Assembly (NCBI RefSeq): GCF_006345805.1
Contig: NW_021825323.1
Coordinates: 868,001 to 932,000 of the forward strand
Direction of reading: 5' to 3'
DNA length: 64,000 bases
DNA from: Octopus sinensis
Taxonomy: Eukaryota
Position numbers and translations under genes: made by a program. This document shows positions 1-12,077 of this stretch, piece by piece. Below the pieces are notes generated by a model. That model had not been told where the DNA came from. It made no database searches and was given only the letters and a program-made list of their open reading frames with translations. The stretch's first letter is position 1. Each line of letters starts with the position of its first letter.

Positions 1-345
1 CGGACAGAGCGAGATTTTCCAGCGAGAACGTGTCCGAAGAGGTAGAATCCCAACATTTGTGCGTCTGGCAGATTTTCAGCCAACACGGAGAGAGATTGCA
101 ATTCTTAGGCATTCCTTGTCAAACAGGTTCCCGATGGAAGGGAGAGGGAGAGTCTTTAACCAGACACCGCTGCCTTCGCAGCGACCTGCACGGAGGCAAG
201 CGACACGGTGTTGATTGGAGACAGGAAGGAGGCCTTCGAAAATTGCCTGACAAGAGATTTCGTCCCATTGACGCTGTACAGATTGAGAAATGGGCAGCTT
301 CGAACCAAACCGAGCCTCCCACCGACCACGGGCACGTGACCTATA
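1..345 (-). mobile_element. Fragment of CRE-like non-LTR retrotransposon (C-terminal region), cut by window edge
   Basis: ORF 76..387 (QRQWDEISCQAIFEGLLPVSNQHRVACLRAGRCEGSGVWLK) is closely similar to the peptide encoded at 3895-4100. Confidence 0.85.
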
Positions 346-689
346 TTGTGACCTAGATTTTGTCATATTTGACCTAGATTTTGACACGGATGATTATTGA
401 TCCTGTAAAATTAAATAATATTTTTTATAAACATTTTATATATACCTTCATTTGATTTAATGTCACAGTCATCTTCTCAATTCAAGTCCGATGTTTCTTC
501 TTCCTTATCTTCATCAATATTTAAACATTATAAAATTTAAAGTCACTTTCATTCCGCATAAATTTATTATACCTTTTAGTACGAAAATATTAAATACAAT
601 TAAGAAATATTTATTAATATTATCAGTAAATTTTTAGAATGTGTAACGCGGATGGCGCGCGACATTTAATATCCGACATAGTGAAATCT

Positions 690-1513
690 GTCAATTTGTT
701 TTCATTCTTCTGGTTAATTCACAGATTATTTATGTCATTTATTTTTTAACATCTTTTGAGTTTCCAATTCACTTTCGCTGGTTAGTTGATATGAGATATT
801 TGGAGTGCCGAACTTTAATCACTCATAGAATTGTTGATTAATTAATATACTTATTTAAATAATAAATATTATAATATTTATTAAATTATGAAATTTGTCT
901 ATATCCTTTGTTATTGTTGTTTTTTGTTTTTACCGTTTTCTTAGAAAGATGAGCGAAGAATTCAACTATTCAGACAAGTATTTCGATAATATATATGAAT
1001 ATAGGTATTTTTAATCTATTTTAACTTATGATAGACATGTCATACTACCACACTCGTTATCTCCGAAAATTCCTCACACGAGACTACTTACAGAATCAGA
1101 ATGGAGATCATTGGGAGTAAAACAGAGCTACGGATGGGAACATTACATGATATATAAGCCAGGTGTTATTTATGCTTTGTTTAGTTTTAGAACCCCACAT
1201 TCTTCTCTTTCGACGTAAACTCAATAAAAATACTTGATTCATTTCTTTTTTAATCTTTGTTTGTTTCAATTTTTTGATAATTAGAACTTAAAAGCACTTT
1301 TTTAAAATAATACAATTGATAACACCCATTTTTACGAAAGAAGGCATTTTGCCGACGTTGATTTACATAATTAATGGAAGCGACTAGTTTCTAATTTTAT
1401 TCAAATTTTAAAATTGACAAAAAAAACGCTTTTTCGGTTTAATAGTGTTTGCGTAAGAACAGTGGACTGAATATAGTCCTGAGTAGATTTTTCAATACTT
1501 AATTTTATTTTAC
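690..1513 (+). repeat. ~825-bp direct duplication unit carrying CKS1 (copy 1; copy 2 at ~8121-8942)
   Basis: Near-identical sequence from tcaattt...ttcttctggttaattcac to ttttattttacaa at both loci. Confidence 0.95.
949..1237 (+). CDS. CKS1: Cyclin-dependent kinase regulatory subunit CKS1, 3 exons
   Basis: Removing 30- and 28-nt GT-AG introns gives MSEEFNYSDKYFDNIYEYRHVILP...[30 protein letters not shown]. Confidence 0.97.
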
Positions 1514-1629
1514 AATTTTAACATATTTTGTGACATCGGCTGCGCGATACCTGACGTGACCTTGAAATATGCAATTATGACATTGATGGGATTAAATTAT
1601 AAATCATTTGCTATTTGTTATTCAATTCA

Positions 1630-4600
1630 ATAATTCTCTCTCTCTTTCCATTTCTCTTTATTCTCTCTCTTTTTCCATTTCTTTTTGTCATCCATTTGTT
1701 CATTGTTTTTATCTTGCTCTCTTTTTATGTCTTTCTGTTTCCAACCCACTTCTGTTCTATGCTCTACTTGCGAAGTTAGTAACAACCGCAAGAAAGGGAG
1801 AGTCTGTTCTAGTTGCGACAGATTCTTCCACCTTTCTTGCGTGCGTCTTTCCAGGCGCGTTTCTGCCTCTCTCTTAATTTGGGACTGTCCTTCCTGCCGC
1901 TCTTGCCAGCCGTTCAGTGTTCCAGCCCGCAAGAACTCCCCGAAAAACGCCATTCGCTGCATCCCCGTCTGCCGAGGAAGTTCTCAAATCTATCAAGCTC
2001 TTCCGTCGTCTCCGGAAAATCCCATCCAGAATCCCAAAAGCTGCGCGTATCTTTGCAGCCTCCTCCTTGTCCGCCGCAATCGATAATGCTTTGGCATCTG
2101 ATGGCCATTCCGATTGGCTTAAGCTGTTTTGCTTCGCCTCTTTCGGTCTCGGTTTTGCCCCATTAAGAGCCCGTGTGAAAACCTCCTCCATTTCGCTGGC
2201 TACAATTGTCAAACAAGAATTGGCCTTGTACGATAAGAACTTTTTTTCCATCGGCTGGCTGCGGGACCACCTCGCTAGCTCCGAATTTCCCTCTGGTTCA
2301 CCATCCCATAATGTGTCCTCTCACGCGAATGACGTCGACTACCTCAACAGAAAGATTAATAGTAAACTCATGGACGGGGACGTTCGTGGTGCAGTTAGGC
2401 TGGTTGCCTCGACAAGTTCCCTTTTGCCCACGACCCCTGCTGTTTTGAATTCCCTCAGGGAAAAACATCCCCCTCAGCCAAACGACTTCAGGCCTCAGCC
2501 ATCCCCTGACACCCTCGCTCTCAATCCTTTTGCTGTCTCGGAAACTCTTGTACTGAATGCCCTGAGGGACTTTTCACCTGGAAGCAGTGGTGGTGTAGAT
2601 GGTCTGAGACCAGGTCATCTGAAAGACCTGACGTCTCCCACTACCGCCGAAGCTGGTCGAAAACTCCTACGCTCAATCACCAACCTGTGCAACCGTTTCA
2701 TCTCCGGTTCCCTCCCCGATTTTGCTCGTGATATTTTCTTTTCCGCCAACCTTACTGCCCTCGGGAAAAAGGACAACGGCGTGAGGCCCATCGCCGTGGG
2801 CAATATTTTCCGGAGGCTCTCCGCTAAACTTCTGTGTCGAGCCATTGTTCCCTGCTTGTCCTCGAAGTTTCTGCCTGTCCAACTCGGGGTTGGCGTTCCT
2901 AACGGCTGCGAAGCTGCTGTCCACTCAATTCGTGATTTAACTGAATCATTTGAGGAGTTTATTATGGTCAAATTGGACGTTTCCAACGCATTCAATTCCA
3001 TCAGACGGGACCACCTTCTGGAGTGCTGTCGTGAATTAGTCCCTTTCGCCTATCCCCTTGTGCATCTCTCATATGCTTGCTCAAGTATCCTTATGTTCAA
3101 CGATATACTATTTCTTCGTCTACCGGGGTTCAGCAGGGTGACCCCCTGGGCCCTGTTCTTTTCGCCTTGGGCGTTAATAATATTGCCCACTCTGTCCGTT
3201 CCCCAATTAACATTTGGTACCTTGATGATGCGACCATTTGTGCCCTCCCGATGTTGTTTTCGGCGACCTCCGTTTCATTATTCCTTCCCTCTCGGCCAAC
3301 AAATCCGAAGTGGTGAACATCAATCTTAACCCAAATTCATTCACTGTCGCAACTTCCACGTGCCAAAATATCCTTTCTGACGTCCAAGTCACCGACAAGT
3401 CGAATTTGATGATCCTCGGTGCTCCCATGGGTCCTTCTGCCCTTGAAGACACGTTGTCTTGCAAAATCTCTAATCTTTCCAAAATGATCGAGAAGCTCAA
3501 AGACATCGAGCCTCATGTAGCTTTCTTCCTACTGCGGAATTACTTTTCTATGCCTAAGGTCCTTTACACATTAAGGTGTGCTCCCTGTTTCAAAAGAGAC
3601 GACCTTCTGTCAAATCTGGATAACATCCTCAGGCTCGGTACGAGCTCGCTATGTAATCTGGCCATTGACGATCCGGGTTGGTCTCAGGCATCTCTACCGG
3701 TGCGCTGGGGCGGCCTGGGCATGAGATCTTATTCCGATCTCGCCCTCCCAGCCTTCCTTTCCGCACGCTCTGCTTCACGTATTCTCTCAGACATCGTTCT
3801 CAGAAACCTTCCCGAACGCAAATTGTCTGAAGATTACTCTGCTGCCTGTGGTCGGTGGGAAGCTCGGTTTGGCCCGTGTATACCTGATTCCACATCTATC
3901 CAGCGCCAATGGGATGAAATCTCCTGTCAGAAAATATACGAAGACCTGATCGCCGTCTCTAATCAACACCGCCTCGCCTGCCTACGCGCAGGTCGCTGTC
4001 AAGGCAGCGGTGCTTGGCTGAAGGCCCCCCCACTTCCGAGCATCGGGACACTGCTCGACGGCGATTGCCTCAGAGTAGCTATCTCCCTCCGCCTCGGTTT
4101 GAAGATCTGTGAAATTCACAAGTGCCGCTGTGGGGCCATGATCGACCAGTACGGACTACACCCTCTTTCCTGCAGACGCAGTGCTGGGCGTGCCCCACGC
4201 CACGCTGCCCTAAATGACGTCGTCCTGAGGGGGCTCAAAGCTGCCGGAATCCCATCAATTCTCGAACCAGTCGGGCTTGCTAGGGGAGACGGAAAGAGGC
4301 CTGACGGTCTATCCACCTTCCCATTCGAGTTCGGAAAATCGCTGATATGGGATGCAACTTGCTCAGATACTTTTTCTGAACTAAATCTTCCTCCTTCAGC
4401 TGTCGCAGCTGGCTCTGCTTCTCGCAGAGCAGAAGAATTAAAGATTTCAAAGTACACCAATCTCTCGGAACGCTATCTGTTTACCCCGATCGCCGTGGAG
4501 ACCTCTGGCGTAATCGGTGACAGGTCACTCATTTTCCTCAAAAAGCTAGGTCGTCTGATTTCTCGCAAGAGAAACGACACGCGTGAGTGTGGATGGCTCC

Positions 4601-4700
4601 TTCAGAGGATTTCCCTTGCCATTGTACGTGGAAACTGTTTCTCCATCTACGAGGCGGGGAAGTCCTCTTGTTAACTCTCTTTTCTCTCTGTTTTCTTTTA
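1630..4700 (+). mobile_element. Near full-length CRE-like non-LTR retrotransposon (PHD finger, RT, restriction-like endonuclease), about 3 frameshifts
   Basis: C4HC3 PHD motif in ORF 1685..2086; RT motifs RPIAVG, KLDVSNAFNS, GVQQGDPLGP, YLDD; CCHC knuckle plus RHAALND, KRPDG, WDATC, K..KY, PIAVETSG. Confidence 0.9.
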
Positions 4701-5134
4701 AATATACCAAAATATTAAAAAATTATAAATCTTTTAATTAGACCGCGACTCATTCTTATCATTTAATAATTTACTAAATTAGCTAAAGACTCTCTCATTT
4801 TGACAAAAAATTATATTTGTAGGAATTTAATTATCAGAAATTAATTTTTTTAATGGAAAACCTAAATTTCTTGAGTTATTTCTAGCGTGGAAGTATATTT
4901 TGCAGCAATGTTCTCGTACAAAGGTTATGTAAAGAATAGTTTGGAATATCAAATTTTAAAAGATGCTTTACAGGATAAATTTCCTGAACATCTTACAAAG
5001 CAAAAAAAATATAGACTAGTTAAGAAAATTGAAAATTTTACTGTAATTAATGAAAGGTATCATACAAATTGTAAATGTATAGATTGTATCTTAAATGTGC
5101 GAATTCAGATCACAAGCTAGTGATTTGTCTAGAC

Positions 5135-7213
5135 CAGTGATTCTCAAGTGCGGCCCCTGGGGCCGCATGCGGCCCCTAGGATTTAATTTGCGGCCCCTAG
5201 GTTTTATAAATGTTTTATTTTTTAATTTAATATTTTTAAATTTTATGAATAAAAAAATGTCACGTTTTTTATTTGTTGTTGTGATGTCTGATTCTAAACG
5301 TTGTCGAAAACTTTCCGAGGAAAATAGGATTTTTCAACACATCTGGGAAGAAAAATATTTCATTATTGAGATCAATGGAAAGGCTCTTTGCCTAATATGC
5401 CATTCTATTATTGCAACTCTAAAAACGTATACAATCGAACGGCACTACCGTTTCCACTCTATTCTTTATGACAAATTCACTGGTGTTTCTCGGACGAAAA
5501 AACTAAAACAAATGAAAGAAGATTATTTAAAACGATCATTTACTTTCAAAAGTGGCACATATTCGTCTAATATTAACCTGGCATCATACAAAATTAGTTA
5601 CCTATTGGCTAAAAATATGAAGCCTTATTCTGATGGCGAATTATATAAAACGGCAATCGAAATATTTGCATCGGAATGTTGTTCGCCCGCTGTTTTCGAT
5701 ATTGCACACAAGTTACCTCTAAGTAACGATACTGTTACTAGAAGAGTCAGTGATATATCTGATAATCTGATTAACGAACTTTTACAGTATGCAAATTGTT
5801 TTGTAATTTTTAGAATTTGTAAAGATTTTCAATATTATTCTTTTGCGCTTGATTGTTCCAAAGATATTTCAGATATCGAACAATTAGTAGTGTTTATAAG
5901 GGGAGTAACATCTGACTTTCGAGTATACGAAGAATTTTTTTCATTGAATTCACTTCACGGAGAAACTAAAGGAACACAGATTTTTTCTCCAATTGTGAAA
6001 TTAATTGAAGATTATCAACTGGATCCAAAAAATTAGTTTCAATTTCAACTGATGGAGCCCCTTATATGATTGGCAGTAAAACTGGTTTTCGTGGACGTAT
6101 GAATAAATGGAGGTGTGATAATAACTGGACTCCAGTATTATGGCATCATTGCATTATTCATCAGGAAAACCTAATTTCCAAAAATATTAAAATGGAAAAT
6201 GTTTCTGAAGTAGTGATAAAAATTGTCAATTGGATTCGGGCGAACGCCTTGAATCACCGAAAATTTAAAACATTTTTAACTGAAACCGATTCGGATTATG
6301 GCGATGTCCTTCTTTTCTCAGTAGTAAGATGGTTAAGCCGTAGCTCTTGTCTCAAAAGGTTAATTTCTTTTATTTTTATATTTAGATTTTATCAACTTCT
6401 CCCTGAAATTATTTTATTCACTGAAAATAAAGTGGACAATGCATTATTGAAAGACAATAGATGGGTAGCAGATTTAGCATTTTATGTGGATCTATCGGTG
6501 CATCTGTCTGCCCTAAATGTCGAACTACAAGGGGAAAATAAGCTAAATTATCAAATTTATGGATATATAAATGCCTTCGTTAAGAAATTAATTTTATGGA
6601 AAGCGCAGATATCAAATAATGATTACACACATTTTCCTTATTTGTCAGAAAATTCCGAAAGTGGCTCAACTGATAAATATTTAAAAATAATTGAAGATTT
6701 AAATTTGCAATTTGATGCAAGATTTCAGGTTTTTAGTATTTAATTTAAGCTGACAGAGCTTTAAAGAAGGTGCAAATTCAATGAGATTATTTGCATCTCC
6801 ATTAATTATGAAAAGTGAGGAGGTTTCCGGGATTTACCAACTGGAATTGATTGATTTGCAAAATGATGTTGAACTGAAAAGTTTGTTCAACAACATTTCA
6901 ATAATTGACTTTTATTCGAGAATTCCAGAGAACCGATTTCCGAATTTAGTCAATAATGCAAAGAAAAATTTAGCAATGTTTGGATCAACATATGTCTGCG
7001 AATCGACATTTAGTAAACTCGTTCGAATTAAAACAAAGTTTCGCAGCAGATTGACTGATACTCATCTGAGTGATTTGTTACGTACTTCAACAAGTAGAAT
7101 TAAACCTAATTTTGATTATTTGGTTAATAAATAATTCTTAAAAATTATTTGCGGCCCCTGTAAATTTTTTTTTTTAATTTGCGGCCCTGAGCAAAAAAGC
7201 TTGAGAATCACTG
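5135..7213 (+). mobile_element. Buster/Charlie-type hAT DNA transposon, complete
   Basis: 14-bp perfect TIR CAGTGATTCTCAAG; 8-bp TSD GTCTAGAC (5127-5134 and 7214-7221); subterminal TGCGGCCC repeats at both ends. Confidence 0.97.
5284..7134 (+). CDS. hAT transposase (GTF2IRD2/SPIN-like), 3 tiny introns, one apparent 1-nt frameshift in an A-run near 6030
   Basis: BED-like CLIC...RHY, SFALDCSKDISD, STDGA, HCIIHQE, VRWLS, FGSTYVCESTFS. Confidence 0.9.
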
Positions 7214-8373
7214 GTCTAGACAATGAACCCGAAATGGAGATCGTTGCTAACAGTTTGCATGACTTCTCGCATGACGGAGTTAACAAAATTGAATATGAAT
7301 GTCGACAACGATATTTCACAGTTAAAAATGAGATTATTTGAAAAGTCATTCGAAACTGTGAAATTTGTAAATTTGCGCGACCCTTAAAAGTTTTAACTTT
7401 TTTAAATCCTAGATTGGAGATATAAATAACCATGTCTTTGCATCCTGCCCAAATGAAAGATTTCAGATAGATCTTATAGATCTGAAAAGTTTTTCTACTG
7501 TAAATAAAAATTTTAAATGGATTTTAACGGTCATTGACGTATATAGCAGGTTAGTTTTTTTAAAATTTTTACAGATTTGCATTTGCGAGGCCGCTCTACA
7601 CTAAGTCCTCAAATGAAGTTTGTGAAAACCTCAGATCATTATTTTTCTTAAATGGTCCGTGTCAATTTCTTCAGTCCGATAATGGGACTGAATTTAAGAA
7701 TCGTGAAATGACCAATCTATGTGAGGAATTCAATATCAAACGAATTCACGGAAGGCCAAACAATCCCCGCTCACAAGGGATTGTCGAACGCTTCAACCAG
7801 TCAATTACAAGAAAAATGGCAAAAATGATCGACAATGATAATAAAAAGTGGCTGGAAAAATTAGAAAATGCAGAGTACAGTTATAACATTTCTGTCCACT
7901 CATCTTCTAATGAGAGCCTTCGTTGCGACTGGATAAGTTTGAATCTCCATATTATCCATCTGCAGAAATTATCAGTATTTTATCAAACAATCGCGTTGAG
8001 GTAGTTTAAACATTTAACTTTAATAGATAAAAAATTCGAAAAATAAAAAAAATAAAAAAAAAATTCGATGAGCGAAATTTCGATTGTGCCAATGTCCAGA
8101 CTTAAAAAATAATTAACAAGTCAATTTATTTTTATTCTTCTGGTTAATTCACAGGTTATTTATCATTTATTTTTTAACATCTTTCGAGTTTCCAATTCAC
8201 TTATGCTGGTTAGTTGATATAAGATATTTGGAATGCCGAACTTTAATCACTCATAGAATTTTTGATTAATTAATATATTTGTTTAAATAATAAATATTAA
8301 AATATTTATTAAATTATGAAATTTGTCTATATCATTTGTTGTTGTTTTTTGTTTTTACCGTTTTCTTAGAAAG

Positions 8374-8662
8374 ATGGGCGAAGAATTCTACTATTCAGAC
8401 AAGTATTTCGATAATATATATGAATATAGGTATTTTTAATCTATTTTAATTTATGATAGACATGTCATACTACCACATTCGTTATCTCCGAAAATTCCTC
8501 ACACGAGACTACTTACAGAATCAGAATGGAGATCCTTGGGAGTAAAACAGAGCTACGGATGGGAACATTACATGATATATAAGCCAGGTGTTATTTATGC
8601 TTTGTTTAGTTTTAGAACCCCACGTTCTTCTCTTTCGACGTAAGCTCAATAAAAATACTTGA
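8374..8662 (+). CDS. CKS1: CKS1 paralog (copy 2), intact
   Basis: Same exon structure as copy 1; amino-acid differences S2G, N6Y and HIL to HVL. Confidence 0.96.
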
Positions 8663-10239
8663 TTCCTTTCTTTTTTTAATCTTTGTTTGTTTCAATTTTT
8701 TGATAATTAGAACTTAAAAGCACTATTTTTAAAATAATACAATCGATGACACCCACTTTTACGAAAGAAGGCATTTTGCAGACGTTGATTTACATATTTA
8801 ATGGAAGCGACTAGTTTCTATTAGTTTTATTCAAATTTTAAAATTGACAAAAAAACGCTTTTTTTGTTTAATAGTGTTTGCGTAAGAACAGTGGACTGAA
8901 TATAGCCCTGAGTAGATTTCAATACTTAATTTTATTTTACAAAGTATTACTTTTTCACAATTATAATAAACTTAGGACTGTTTTTTAATATATTTTAACA
9001 TTTTGGCAATCAATATTTCCTAAATAACTAATAAAAGAAATAATTAAAAACTTCTTAGTATACGTCCATTAAAAAATTTTACGAAATTAAATCAATAATA
9101 AAATAAATTAGGTACTTTTGTAGAAAAAGATTTTTTTAAGAAAAATTAATCTTTTAGATTTTTTTATTTAAAAACTCGAATAAAGTATTTTATTTTAGAT
9201 TAACAGAGATGGTAATCACAAAGGCAATCTTGGATTCTGAATGTTTGTCCGCTAAAATTTATTCAAATTCTACACAAAAATAAATTCTATAACTATTTGA
9301 GATTGTCAACTTTTCCCCTTATAAAAAATTCTGAAAGCTATTAGTTGATAAATACCAATATCTTTCATTTTTATTGTGATTATTATCAAAACTTTAATTT
9401 TGCTGTTTATAAAAGTCTAATTCCATAACAAATATCGAACGGGTGAACATAGAAAAAATCGTACAACACAGATTGGCTTTTCTTGAACATGTTGCTCGTT
9501 GTGATTCATTAGATATAACCATTATGCTTAGCATAATGCTGGAAAGAAAAGTCTGGGCAGACTGAAGACTCGATGGCTATCAATGGTGAAAGTGAAATCT
9601 CCAAGTGTCGGACAAGAGTTAATTGGATGACATAATCTAACCTAATTTCATAGGCGTCCCTAGGAAAAATAATACAATCCGTCTTGATGAAGAAATTTGG
9701 CTTTGAAGGTGTAAAAAAGTACGGAAAATTTTATTGACTGAGTTACAAAGATGCCAACAAATTTCCAGCCACCTTTAGCTATCATCGGTGAGGTTGGTGG
9801 CTTTGTATCCATTTGAATTTCTCATATTGTCGATGATAATAAGAAGAGACTTAAAAAATTCCAAGAAGTGACTGAAAACTTATTGATAAAAAGTAAAACA
9901 AACGATGCTTAAAGAAAATGGCCATATGTGAGAAACTGATAATTCAAAGCCGACGGCTATTAAATGAAGAAAAAATTTTTTGATTTTTTTGTTGGGAAGG
10001 TTTAAAGGACCGCATCACTGAGGATATTCTTGATATGGTAGTTTTTTGGGTGAAAGATTTGCGAAGAACTTCATGATTTGTGGGGAAAAGGATTTTGCCA
10101 ATTTATCTGTACTTTGCCAAATTGAAGTTGGCGCACACAGACTGACACATACCATCCCATTTTATTATTAAGATTTTTATTTTTTTTCATTTAATGATAT
10201 TAGAGATAAAAAAGAGTCCGGGAGGAAAGACAAGCTTGA

Positions 10240-10730
10240 TCTGCAAGCATTGCCAGAGAACGGTTAGATCCCGGCCAAATTGATAGCTTGCGTGTTGCCG
10301 CGCATGATTGTAACAGAGATTCTCTGTCTCAGCCAAAAGGATTCGCGTGCATCCCTGTTTCTCCAAGCGATAAGGAGGCCGACGTCCTTTAAGAACTTGG
10401 ATATTTGCGGGCCGAAGGTCTCAAATGCCAAAGAGACAAAAGAATGTTGGGCGGCGAGTTGTCTTTATTTATCGACTTTGTGGGCTTCCGCCAAAGCCAA
10501 TCCAGGAGATGATGTTGAGGAGAGTATCGCCGATGGGGACCAAGTGTCTGTGCACGTAGCGTCTCAGATCAGGCATTTGCCATTTCGAAATGGGAAGGTT
10601 GTCATCCCATCGAGGCGCTTGCCGTCTCCCCTGTCCAGACCGACTGGTTCAGGTACATTCTAAACCGGTAGCGTTGAGTGCACTCGAGATGACGTCGTTG
10701 AGTGTCCCGTAACGAGGCAAACGGCCTGCA
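10240..10730 (-). mobile_element. CRE-like retrotransposon 3' fragment (endonuclease domain)
   Basis: Minus strand encodes EPVGLDRGDGKRLDG...DATCTDT...KVDKY...FETFG...QRISVTIMRGN. Confidence 0.85.
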
Positions 10731-11739
10731 TTGGATTATTATATTTGTGATAATCCAAAAATTATATTTTGACGTCACAAGGTCAAAAATGTAACCAGTT
10801 CCCCATATTTTCATCTTACAAATTAGTCAATTTCAGTTTGCTTTAAATGATCTTTTGAAGAAATTTCAAATTCAAGAAAAAGTTGGTTGTTAGCTTTAAA
10901 AGTTTAACAGAATTTCTCATGATTTTCAGGAAATAAGTCTGATTTGAAGACCATGTTGGCTCTGTAAAAAGTATTGCCAAGTATTTGATCAATTCTAATT
11001 ATTCCTCAAATATTATTTTAAATGGACCCCAATTATTCTTTAATAAATTAGCTTGGGCATGTTTTAGATATATAAAAACTCATTAGATGGTTACGTATTT
11101 AAGAACGTAAGACCTTTGAGAAAGTGTGGAGGTATTAATGTTTCAAGAGATGATAAAAATTTGAGCTTGATTAGAAGATTTTTTATACAAAACTTAACCC
11201 CAAAAATGTTATCCCAGTGGATTATGAGTGTGGAATATACTGATAGAACATTTACCGTAAAAAACAGTTTAGTTGTCAAACTGTAGAGATTGAAAAGAGG
11301 ATTACTGGAGTTGAAAATGTAACACTAAAAGTCTCATAATTTTCATTTAAAGGGACTATTTAATATCAGAAAATCAATTGGAAATGCAGATGATGTGCCA
11401 ACTATCAAAGGAACAAGATAGTTAATGAAGACATAAGCAAAGTTATAAACAACAAGTATATTTGAGATATACGTATTGAACGAAAAATCCTGAAAATTGG
11501 TATTTTGTCTTCATATTATCTCGTATCAGATCTTTTTAGCCATTCAGAAGATAATCAAAAAACAATCAAAGCTATTTTTATGATTCTGACAATTCCTATT
11601 CATTGTTCTAAACATGCTAAATGCTAATGGCCGTTCATTGAAGAATACGCTGCAAGACTATATTTCCGAGTTCTTGCTAAAATTAATGGGCTGAACTAAT
11701 GTTTGAAAAAAATCATGATTTTATTTCAAAGTTGTCAAT

Positions 11740-12070
11740 TCTAAGGCTGGCGGCTAACTCCATCCTCAACAAATTTCTAACGGAAGTTCACCCTTTCAAA
11801 ATTCTTCTGCACCGTTCCGCTCAGATCAACCTTGCTCGTTTCCGCTCGGGTCATCATCACTATTAAACTTCTACGCTCACACAGTGGACGAATCGATCTT
11901 TTCTTTCTGTAACCTCCTCTGTGTTGACGACTACTCAACCGATCACCTTTTCCGCTGTCCTAGTCTTCTCCCTATATATAGAAAACTTGCTGTTCACTTC
12001 CCTGACTGAGGTCCTTGGAAGCAAAATACATGCAATCAAATCTTTTAGAGTGTTGGGGTTTCTGTTTATT
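11740..12070 (+). mobile_element. Degraded jockey/I-like LINE 3' end
   Basis: LARFRSGHH...DHLFRCP peptide resembles the LINE C-terminus at 21010-21435. Confidence 0.55.
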
Positions 12071-12077
12071 TGTCAGA

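Larger units (their letters stand above)
4908..8004 (+). pseudogene. Ginger2/KRBA2-like DDE integrase gene with tiny introns, interrupted by a hAT and containing one in-frame TGA
   Basis: Removing the hAT and four 23-26 nt GT-AG introns restores HDFSH...CEIC (H2C2), ERFQIDLIDL, VIDVYSRFAFA, LQSDNGTEF and PRSQGIVERFNQ. Confidence 0.88.

Noticed and set aside
347-680. Further TGT/ACA-like termini (347, ~678, 1529, 10746)
   Set aside because: Could not pair them into TIRs with a TSD; probably remnants
1630-1730. TC-rich tracts at both ends of the CRE element as a specific target site
   Set aside because: No clear TSD, and other CRE 3' ends in the window lack such flanks
1627-4460. Antisense and overlapping ORFs across the CRE element
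   Set aside because: Shadows of GC-richer coding sequence with no motifs
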